Assembly (NCBI GenBank): GCA_965603825.1 | Contig: CBFDEM010000038.1 | Coordinates: 434,001-498,000 of the forward strand | Direction: 5' to 3' | From: Blepharisma stoltei ATCC 30299 | Taxonomy: Eukaryota > Protista > Ciliophora | DNA: 64,000 nt | Shown here: positions 52,387 through 63,004 of the stretch, piece by piece | How positions within the stretch are numbered: the first letter of the stretch is position 1 | Layout: the number at the start of each line of letters is the position of its first letter | Program-made: the position numbers and the translations under genes | The notes under the pieces: model-generated | What the model was told of the DNA's origin: nothing | What the model saw: the letters and a program-made list of their open reading frames with translations, nothing else | Database searches by the model: none

Positions 52387-53539
52387 GTATAATAATTTAG
52401 AAATTTTATATGATTATAGAGAATTAGCGTTGCAATTAATTAAAAGTTTATTAGATAAAGTGATAATAAAATAGTATAAAATTATTCAAGAATAAGCTGA
52501 TTAACTAGAGGGTTTTTCTGAGGATTATAATCTAAGCAAAATAACTTCTGCGTGAATCAAAATGGATCTTCTCAGGGCAATTCATTCAGTAGATAAATAT
52601 ATAATTAGTAAAAATTTTCTTTTTCAATTAGTATTAATTGCAGATATCCGCATATGATTCATTTTTATTAAATTATGCTACTATTAGAAAAGTTAAATGT
52701 AATATGGAAAGAATTAATTTTCTAATATTCTTTATATAGAAAAATACTGGTATAATATAAAACCCTATAAATTATCAAATTTTGTGTTTTCATATTTTTA
52801 AATGCAGACATTAGAAGGTTAAATCTTAGAGCTTGAGTTTGGTTTAATAAAATCTGTCCAAAAGATGAATTTGTGCTCATAAAAATTAAACAGTTTAGAT
52901 TTCTATTCTCTTTTATAAAATAATGATATCACAAATAATTAATCTATTAATGAGCATTTCCTATAATCTATAAATTTATATTTCAAAATAAGCTAATTTC
53001 ATCTAAATGATTTTTGCATAAAAATTATTAATTCACAGCTTGCCAGTCATTATTATGAAATACAAAATTTCGGTAATAATTCTGATGATAGCTTCTAGAT
53101 AACTCTTTTATAAAGCTCAATAGCATCTAAAAAGCTCCTATTTTAACTAAAAAGTTGTTTTATAATAAAAAATATGGTCAAATAGTAATAAATAGGCTTT
53201 TTAATTCAGTCTAAACATTCTAGACCCTATTAGAAGCTGCAATGCTCAGAATAAAAAAGTTAGTAGAAATCTGAGGAGAGCAGAAACGGTACCTATAAGA
53301 TTCGAAAAAACCAAGAAAAATTAGAAAATCATCCAGCATTTTGCCTTTAATCACTTTTCTAGAGATATGATATTCAGCGAACTATAACTATACTTTAAAT
53401 ATTTTTCTATTTGCTGCTAGTCTCACATATAAAGATCAAAATAATCGATAATTATTAGTTATTTCTTTGGGTATTTTGCAATATTAATTTCTTTGCTCCA
53501 TCTGTTACAAATTTTCTCATAAAATGCCATTATTGAATA

Positions 53540-55618
53540 ATGAATAGATTCTTAGAAATTGGGATTTTCTTATTTCTTCTCCTTTGGATTACGTTCGTTT
53601 GTGTGTTCTATATTCTCCCAGACAGCAGTAGCATATCAAAAGTAAAAGTATCCCCAGATTCTGATATCGATATTTCAGTTGATTTGCCAACAGAAAATCG
53701 ACCTCGAAGGACTGAAATCTTAAAGGAAACTTTCATAAATCTCTTAGATGATGAAAATTCCATCAATCCTATTAATTTAACTTGTAAGCCTGAGTCTTTC
53801 GGATACACTATGGAGGAAGCTCTTCTTTTATTCCCAAATGTTACATATCCAAGATGCGAAGAAAAGTATAAATCAAGCCCAGAAATGTTTTATATAGACC
53901 GCACTACTAATACTTTACATATGAATTGCACAGGAAGAGTAGCTTTAGGAGCTTTGGAGAATAATGAAGAATTTGGAAAGTATAGATATTATAATAGACT
54001 CAAAGATTATAATGGGGAGCCATTAGTGCTTGAGTCAGAGGAGTATGCATTTGGGACTTGTGATCGATACAAAACATCAGGTTTTGAACATGTTGCCTAT
54101 AAGTTGAAGCTTAATGAAGGGTCCTTGCAAAGAGCAAAAAATTCATTGCATGGAAAACCTATAAATATCGTTATGTTGGTAATAGATTCTCTATCACGGA
54201 GAATGTTCTTTAGAAAGCTCCCAAAATCAGTTGAGTATTTAAATTCCATAGCAAAAAATGTATCTATTTTCGATTTTAAACTCCACCATGTGATAGGCCA
54301 AAATTCTCAATACAGCTTTATGCCCACATTTTATGGAGATATAGCAATTGTGATATCTAGTCACATGTCTTATGGGGATTTATATTATGATATTTCTATA
54401 TGGAAATATTTGCATGAGAGAGGCTTTGTTACAATGATGGGAATGGATAATTGCGATGATAATTTACCACAATTTATAGGAAGAAAACCTAGAGTTGACC
54501 ACAAAATGGGTTCGTTATGGTGTGCAGCTAGCTCTCAATATGGGTATAGTGAAACTTTAAAGAAAGAACGATGCATTGGGAATAAAAATGCCCATGCGTG
54601 AATGATGGACTATATTCTAGACTTTTCAGAAACCTATAAAAATGTATCAAGATACACTTATATGCATATAGATACAGCACATGAAGCAACAGGAACTGTA
54701 GTCTCTACAATAGATTTAGATTTAAAAGATTTCCTTGAGGAATTTTTTAACAGAGATGAAGATTCTATACTATTTCTGATGGGAGACCACGGGATGAGAT
54801 ATGGGGAATGATTTAAGACAATAGATGGCTCCCATGAACACAAATTGCCACTTTTATTAATATTAACGAAAGACAGAGTATTAGAAAAGATTTCAAATAG
54901 CTCAAAATTTTTGTTACAAAATACAAACAGGCTATTAAGTAAATTTGATTTTCATACAGTTCTGCAGCATCTTGGAAACTATCCTGATCTAGAATCTCAT
55001 AAAGACGAAATAAGAAAAAAAACTTCAAGTAAATTAACAACTTACAATTGGTTCACAGATTATATCCCAGAGAACAGAACTTGTGAAGATGCTGGGATAC
55101 CTGTTTATTGGTGTGGCTGTCAGCCCTTCATCGAAATTACTGAAAACCAAAACTCAGAAGAATTTACTTATTTAACGAATAATATTATAGAAGTTTTCAA
55201 CACAGAAAATAACATTTACGACCATTCAAAGAAAACAATCTGCCAGAAGCTTCATTTAAATAATAATACATACATAGGAAAACTAGTAGATGGCGACTTA
55301 GACTACTATAAAATTAAATTTACAGTCCAAGAAAAAGAATCAGCACTGTTAGAAGTCATTGTCAGGCTCTCTAGATGGAGAATAGAAAAAGAGGAATCAG
55401 AATATTTTGAGGTGAAAAATATTGGTTTTAGAGGAATGAGGTATTACAATATAATGAACATTAATAGGCTGGACTCGTATGAAAGTGTTTGTAAAAACGA
55501 AATTATCAAAAATAAGTTTGATCCTACTTATTGCATTTGTGACGAGGATGATTTTAATAGAAAATCAAATAGCACAGATAATGACAATAACCCAGGAGCA
55601 CTAAACCATAATAACTAA
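53540..55618 (+). CDS. DUF229-family type-II membrane protein (692 aa)
   Basis: ORFs 53540, 54602 and 54845 in frame, joined by TGA. Confidence 0.88.
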
Positions 55619-56010
55619 AATAAGTATCTATTCTCTATAATTCAAGGATAAGATAATTATAACTAGATTAAAAAAGCTTTTAAAAATGGAGAGCAAGCGA
55701 CTAAGAGACACAAGAAACTTAGAGGGAAGAGACTGCGTATATAAGATTAGATAAAATCAAGGAAAATTTAGCATTTTTGGGTTTCAATTATTCCTATCTA
55801 TTTTCTAATTGGGCATGGCATTTAGGAGCTATAAATTGATTTGGATTGTGCTTTAAATATAATTGTTTACTACAAGTCTAGTATAGAAAATACACAAAAT
55901 AATCAATTTTTTTATAAATTTCAGGATTAATACTTTATTTAGATATTTGCAAATATAACTTCTTTGATAATTTTGCTACAAATATTCTTGAAAAATGTCA
56001 TAATTGAATA

Positions 56011-58035
56011 ATGAATAGGATCTTAGAAATAGGGATTTTCTTATTTCTTTCAGTATGGATTACTTTTGTTTATGTGCTATATATATTTCAAGAGGATAAT
56101 GCATCAAAAGTAAAAGTATCCCTAGAGCCTGATATCAATATTTCAGTTGATTTACCAATTGAAAATGTACCTAAAGTCATTGAAATATTAAAAGAAACTT
56201 TCATAAGTCTCTTAGATGATGAAAATTCCATCAAACCTCTTAATTTAACTTGCAAGCCTGAGTCTTTCGGATATACATTGGAAGAAGCTTCTATTTTATT
56301 TCCAAACGTCACATATCCAAGATGTGAAGAAAAATATAAATCAAGCCCAGAAATGTTTTATATAGACCGCACTACTAATACTTTACATATGAATTGTACT
56401 GGAAAGGTAGCATTAGGATTTTCTGGAATCGATGAATGATTTGGAGAATATAAATATTCTAATCGACCTAAAGATTACAATGGAGAGCCATTAGAACTTG
56501 AGTCAGAGGAATATGCATTTGGGACCTGTGACATTAACAAAACATCAGACTTTGAACATGTTGCATATAAGTTGAAACTTAATGAAGAGTCCCTTCAAAG
56601 AGCTAAAAATTCATTGTATGGAAAGCCTATAAATATCGTTATGTTAGTAATTGATTCGCTCTCACGGAGAATGTTCTTTAGAAAAATCCCTAAATCTGTG
56701 GAATATTTGAATTCCATTGCAAAAAATGTATCTATTTTCGATTTTAAATTGCATCATGTTATAGGGCAGGGTTCTCATAATAGCTTTATGCCCACATTTT
56801 ATGGAGATATGCCCTATTCTGCTACTCTATATATGCAGGGAGATTTATATTATAATGTTTCCATATGGAAATATTTGCACGAGAGAGGTTTTGTTACAAT
56901 GATGGGAATGGATTGTTGTGATAATAATTTAGCGCAATTTATAGGAAAAAAACCTAAAGTCGACCACAAAATGGGCTCAATATGATGCTCAGCAAGTGCT
57001 CAATATGGGTATAGTGAAACCTCAAAGAGAGAAAGATGTATTGGGAATAAAAATGCCCATGCATGAATGATGGACTATATTTTAGACTTTTCAGAAACCT
57101 ATAAAAACGTATCGAGATACACTTATATGCATATAGATACAGCTCATGAGGAAACAGGAACTGTAGTCTCTACAATAGATTTAGATTTAAAAAAGTTCCT
57201 TGAGGAATTTTTTAGCAGAGATGAAGATTCTATACTGTTTTTGATGGGAGACCATGGGATGAGATATGGGGAATGATTTAAATCAAAAGATGGCTCACAT
57301 GAACACAAATTGCCACTTTTATTAATTATAACGAAAGACAGAGTCTTAGACAATATTCCAAATAGCTCAAAAATTTTATTACAAAATACAAACAGACTAT
57401 TAAGTAAATTTGATTTTCATACAGTTCTGCAGCATCTTGGAAACTACCCTGATCTAGAATCTAACAGAGAAGAAATTAGAACAAAAACTTCAAAAAGGCT
57501 AACAACTTACAATTGGTTCACAGATTATATCCCAGATAACAGAACTTGTGAAGATGCTGGGATACCTGTTTATTGGTGCATCTGCCAGCCTTTTATAGAG
57601 ATTACTCACAACCAAAACTTAGAGGATTTCACTTATTTAACAAATAATATTATAGAAATTTTCAACACAGAAAATAAAATATACAATCAAACAGAGAAAA
57701 CAATCTGCCAGAAGCTGAATTTAAATAAAAGTGTGTATATAGGAAAACTAGTCGATGGCGATATAGACTATTACAAAATAAAATTTACAGTCCAAGAAAA
57801 AGAATCAGCGCTATTAGAAGTAATTGTCAAACTCTCTAGAAACTATATAGAGAAAAAAGAATTAGAGTATTTTAATGTGAAAAATATCGTTTTTGGAGAG
57901 ATGAGGTACTACAATATAATGAGCGTTAATAGACTGGACTCGTATGAGAGCGTATGCAAAAGCGAAATTATCAAAAATAAGTTTGATCCTACTTATTGCA
58001 TTTGTGATGAAAATGATTTTAATAGAAATCATTAA
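56011..58035 (+). CDS. DUF229-family type-II membrane protein (674 aa), variant active-site segment GQGSHNSF
   Basis: Four in-frame ORFs joined by TGA. A probable 1-nt deletion near 58027 shortens only the variable tail. Confidence 0.82.
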
Positions 58036-59468
58036 ATAGGACAGATGGAGACAATAATCCAGGAAGAGCGCCACAACCATAATAACTTAATAAGTATTTT
58101 TCATATTTTAGATCAAGAATATATGACTATCTCATCTAAATGAATTTAGGTAAAAAATTATGTGCTATATAATAAAAACAGACACGATTTCGATAGCCAC
58201 CATATCACCTTTATAATTTTGAGAAGAATAGATAATTTAGTTTAAATCACAAATTGATACTTTATAGGTTGTTAAAATTACGAATCAGTTCAACATTACA
58301 TGAGCAATCATTTACATTTTATGCTTATATAATTTGAGTTGTTTTTAATTTTAGATCAAACAAAAAGATTTATAGTTTATTATAATAAAGAAATAAAATT
58401 TCCTCAATATAATGGTAAAAATCTCTTAAAATTTTTAGATTTCCATGGAGATATAAATCTTTGGCTTCTCTAAGAAAGAAGTTCGCTTTTAAAAATATTC
58501 AAATAATAGTGTAACAGCCACCTATATTTCTATCAAATTGAACGAGAATTAGATAATATGGCTGGATTATATAAAATATCTATTTATGCAGTTGAAAATG
58601 GTTGAAATTTGCAAAAATTTGTCACAGACTAATCTAAGCCAATTCCGAAAAATGAGCATTTACTCCACTAAAAATTATGTTGAATAACTATGAGCACGCT
58701 ATCAAAAAGCCAGAGCAATTTTAAAGAAATCAATAAGATTATATTCCTTATATTCAGATTTTTGTAAATATGAATTTTTAAATCAACTCAACCTATGGGA
58801 ACATCTTTATGAAAAAGATGCTTATTAGATTAACACCAAAGAACTAAATATACGATATAGAAAAAGTAAGATGCAATAGCAATAAAATGCCTATGAATTA
58901 ATATAATTACTCTAGATTTTCCTTGGATTTTTAAGAAATTTCAAGAGTTTTTACAATAATAATTTGAGTCCTATAAAAGCAAGAACAACAGCTTTGACAT
59001 TTGATAAAAATTTTTGCCAAATTCATGATTAGTCATGAACTATTGTAATTCAATTAAAGGCCTCATGGCTGATATCTAATTATGGTTTAGTTCCCACAAC
59101 AAATAAAGATACTAAAAGCCCAATCGTACTGTCTATCAGAATTTTAAATCTTAAAAATCAACACTAAAAATTGAGCTTCAAAAGTATTGTTTATATAAAA
59201 AAAATACAGCTACATTATGCATTTGGATTAAATTTAACCTGCCGAAAACTTCATATTTATAAAGATTTCATATTTTTCAATGCATAATTATAAGAATAAT
59301 TCTCACTGATTTTAACCTAATTACTAGGTTCTGAAACATTATTGAAAAATTAATATGAATCGTAAAAGCAATAAGCACGCTTAAAAATTTTAAAAATAAA
59401 TACATGAGAAATCATCCTTATTCATTATTTAAAGCTCCATAATTTTTAGCACAAATGTGGAAGAAATA

Positions 59469-61559
59469 ATGAATAAGCTCATACATATTGGATCAGTTTT
59501 ATTGCTTCTTCTATGGATTTTTATCAATATAATTCTCTATGAGGTTCCAGGAGAAGATGATTCAGAGCTAAATGAGCCTCTAGACGTTGACGCCGACATT
59601 TTGATTGATTCTTCTCCAGAGCCTGACAGTGAAAACCAAATTGATTCTCCATTAGATTCAGATCTCGAAATCAGCGAAATCCTTAGAAATAATCGTTTAA
59701 GTATATTAGATGATGAAATTTCTATCAACCCACTCAAATTGGCTTGCAAGCCTGAGTCTTTTGGATATAGTGAGGAAGAAGCCTCCCTTTTATTCCCAAA
59801 TATTGAATACCCAAGGTGCGAAGAAAGGTTCAAATCAAGCCCAGAAATGTTTTATATTGACCGCAAGGACAATACTTTGCATATGAATTGTACTGGAAAA
59901 GTAGCTTTAGGGGCGACAGAGTATAATGAAGAATTTGGAAAATACCAATTTGCTAATATGATTACAGAATATGGAGGGCCCATTCCACTAGAGACACAGG
60001 AATATGCGTTTGGGACCTGCGATTTTTTTAAAAAGACAGACTTCGAGCATGTTGCTTATAAGTTAAAGCCAAAAGAGCAGTCTTTGCAAAGAGCTAAAGC
60101 TTCTTTGCGAAGCAAACCTATAAATATTGTTATGCTGGTATTAGACTCCGTTTCTAGAAGGATGTTTTTTAGAAAACTCCCTAAATCGTTTGAATTTTTA
60201 AATTCAAATGCAAAAAATTTTTCATTTTTTGATTTTAAGCTTCATCACGTTATGGGCCAAAATTCTGCAGCAAGTTTTATGCCTACTTTTTATGGAGACA
60301 TGGAATTTGGGCAGCAAAGAAGAATACATAGCGGAGATTTGTTTTATAATGTCTCTATATGAAAATATTTCCATGAGCGAGGATTTGTGACGATGATGGG
60401 AATGGATAATTGTGGGGATAATTTGGCAAGCTATATAGGAAGAAATCCTAAAGTTGATCATACGATGGGCTCGCTTTGATGTGCAGCTTATGCTATGTAT
60501 GGGTATATGGAAAGTTTAAAAAAGGAAAGATGCATTGGAAATAAAAATGCTCACGCTTGGATGATGGACTATATTTTGGACTTTTCAGAAACCTATAAAG
60601 ATGTATCAAGGTATACTTATATGCATATAGATACAGCACATGAGGAAACAGGAACTGTTGTCTCTACAATAGATTTAGACTTAAAACATTTCCTTCAAGA
60701 TTTTACTAGCAGAAATGAAGATTATGTATTATTCCTAATGGGAGATCACGGGATGAGATATGGGCCATGGTTTAAATCAAAAGACGGCTCACATGAGCAT
60801 AGATTGCCACTTTTATTAACAATAGTGAAAAATTCCGTTTTGGAAAATATTCCTAACAGTGCAAAAGCCTTGTTTCACAATTCAAATAGGCTCCTAAGTA
60901 AACTTGATTTCCACACAACTTTACAACATTTTGCCAACTACCCTGACATGGAATTCAACAAAACTGAAATCAGAAAAAAATCTTCAACAACTAAAAAGAC
61001 TTACAATCTGTTCCACGATTATATCCCTTCAAGCAGAACTTGTGAAGATGCTGGGATCCCTTCTTATTGATGCAGCTGCAAGCCTTTTAAGGAAATTACT
61101 GGGAACCAAAACTCAAAACAATACAACTATTTAACAGTTAATGTTATAAAAGAATTTAATACAGAAAATAAAGTCGAACAAGACAAGTACTGCCTAAAGC
61201 TAAATTTAGATAAAACCGCATATATAGGAAAAATGGAAGACGGAGATGTAGATTATTATAAAATAAAATTTACAGTCATAGAGAAAGCTTCAGCACTATT
61301 TGAGGTAATTATCAGACTTTCAGAGAAAAAAATAACAAAAAAAGAAGCTGAATATTTTGACGTAAAAAATATCACTTTTGGGGAAATGAAATATTATAAT
61401 ATTATGAACGTGAATAGGCTGGACTCGTATGATAGTGTCTGCAAAGACGAAATTGTTAGCAAGGGATATGATCCAACTTATTGTATATGTGATGAGCTTG
61501 AATTTATGAGAAATTCCATTAAAGGCACAGATGATGAGAATAACTCAAAAAATCCATAA
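59469..61559 (+). CDS. DUF229-family type-II membrane protein (696 aa); resembles the 31872 copy
   Basis: ATG 59469 (MNKLIHIG); in-frame ORFs joined by TGA; motifs intact. Confidence 0.88.
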
Positions 61560-62118
61560 ATCATCAATAATTAAGAAATAGCTAATTATTTCATTAAATT
61601 AAAACTTTATTTAAAATTTTATCATCAGCAATATTCTAGTATCTAATCTGTAATAATCTTCTAATTTAGCTCTTTATAATATAATTTTATAGGCCGTTCT
61701 CTTTAGTGTACTCTGAAATCTTTAAAATAATTTTACTTTAAATTTTAACATTTTCTATCTGCCTACAAAACCTGATGTAAATAAAGATTCTAAATTTCTG
61801 TATTTTATTTTAAAGGAATTGTGATAGATAAAATTATGAGTGTTTCTTATAAGAATTGCACAATGAATCATCTTAACAGGCAACGGATCTTGCTGACGTT
61901 GCGAAGCATATTACGGAGGGACTAAATAGGCTCGTATAAATGATTATTTGAAGAGCTTCTTAATTAGATCTATAGAATAAGATGAACTCTGTAAAAGATT
62001 AAATTTCTGGAACTAGGTCAGACTTTACATAACTTTATTAAATTTTCCATACTTATGGCTAAATCAAAGTAAAATGAAATAAATTATATCGTTTATCTAG
62101 ATTTTTTGAATTTAAGAA

Positions 62119-62955
62119 CTAATTTTTGCCTTTTCAAGCAAAATAAAAAACTGCCACTATTCCTGCTAGTATAGAAGCCTCAATAATGACTTTTCCAACT
62201 TCAAAATATCATTTTTGCTCCTCTTCATGATGATTATTGTTCCAAATAGGATCTTTTAATTCATTCCTATTCAGTAATTCAATTTCAACTGAATAAAGAT
62301 TATGACCTTTTGGACATAACGTGATAAATTTTTTAAAATGCTCCTCATCAAATCCATCCCCGCAAGACGCGAAAATTTTTCTAGGGAAATTTTCTTGAAA
62401 AAAATAATCATTTGCGCTTGTTTGAATAGGATACAAGAAATAGCAAGATCCATTATAAACATAAATAGAAATCGAAAACTCACATCCTTTCTTAATGATT
62501 TTAAAAATTTGTCCATTTTCTTTCCTAATGTATATGCTGACCCAGAGCTTTTCAGAAACTTTCCTTAAATATGACTCGGCGCTGTCAAAAGGTGAGAAAC
62601 ATAAGGATAAATCTTGGAAAACCTTAATAAAATTGGGATCTGTACTTGCATTATCAAGGTAATCTATACCTTCAGATTTCAGTCTTCTTACTATTTCTAA
62701 TGAGCTTTCATATGAATTTTGGAATGAAGGATGAGCTTGCTGGGAATAGATGAGTTTTTCAAATAATCCAATATCAGATTTGCTATAAATAAAACTCGAT
62801 TCTAAATAAACAAATAAAAAAGTCTGATAAAAGTCTTCACGCAGTACAGATCTAATGCTATGAATTTCGTCCCCATGGATAATCTCATCCTCAATGAGGC
62901 AGTTATGGAAATCTGTGCGATTACCAAGCGATGAGATTCGATTATAATAGGTCAT
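62119..62955 (-). CDS. Tail-anchored protein (278 aa) with a possible catalytically dead otubain/OTU-like domain and a degenerate Zn-finger-like segment
   Basis: Reading TGA 62209-62211 as Trp extends the ORF by WYFEVGKVIIEASILAGIVAVFYFAWKGKN to TAG at 62119-62121, adding a C-terminal TM helix. The OTU resemblance is weak and by eye. Confidence 0.7.
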
Positions 62956-63004
62956 ATTAAAAATTATAGAATTTAGACAAAGAATATGGTAATTTGAATA
63001 AAAA

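Larger units (their letters stand above)
44430..52812 (+). repeat. Tandem segmental duplication: unit A ~44430-48078, unit B ~48701-52812
   Basis: Each unit is a DUF229 3' end, a spacer, a full DUF229 gene and 3' flank. Non-coding DNA aligns (taggctggttaat, ggatctaga.agcctcataaaa, ggcaggcccagt, gtgaatcaaaat.gatcttctcagg, ending at tgcagacatt). Confidence 0.9.

Noticed and set aside
58021-58090. Calling the 56011 copy a pseudogene because of a 1-nt deletion near its end
   Set aside because: The shift falls after the last conserved YCICDE motif, affects only the variable tail, and may be a homopolymer error.
12105-61559. Reading the TGA-broken ORFs as a field of nonsense pseudogenes
   Set aside because: Breaks are TGA only, stay in frame, align to Trp/TGG, and also occur in conserved genes such as CNOT9. 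Only loci with frameshifts or deletions were called pseudogenes.
61560-62118. Possible extra gene or relic downstream of the tail-anchored protein
   Set aside because: The minus-strand frame examined closes quickly with TAG and I recognised no homology.
5022-62568. Numerous short antisense or alternate-frame ORFs in the track (e.g. 5022..5414, 8528..9064, 18067..18447, 37590..37772, 59537..59833)
   Set aside because: They are shadows of the real CDSs. Their recurrence across DUF229 copies simply reflects paralogy.
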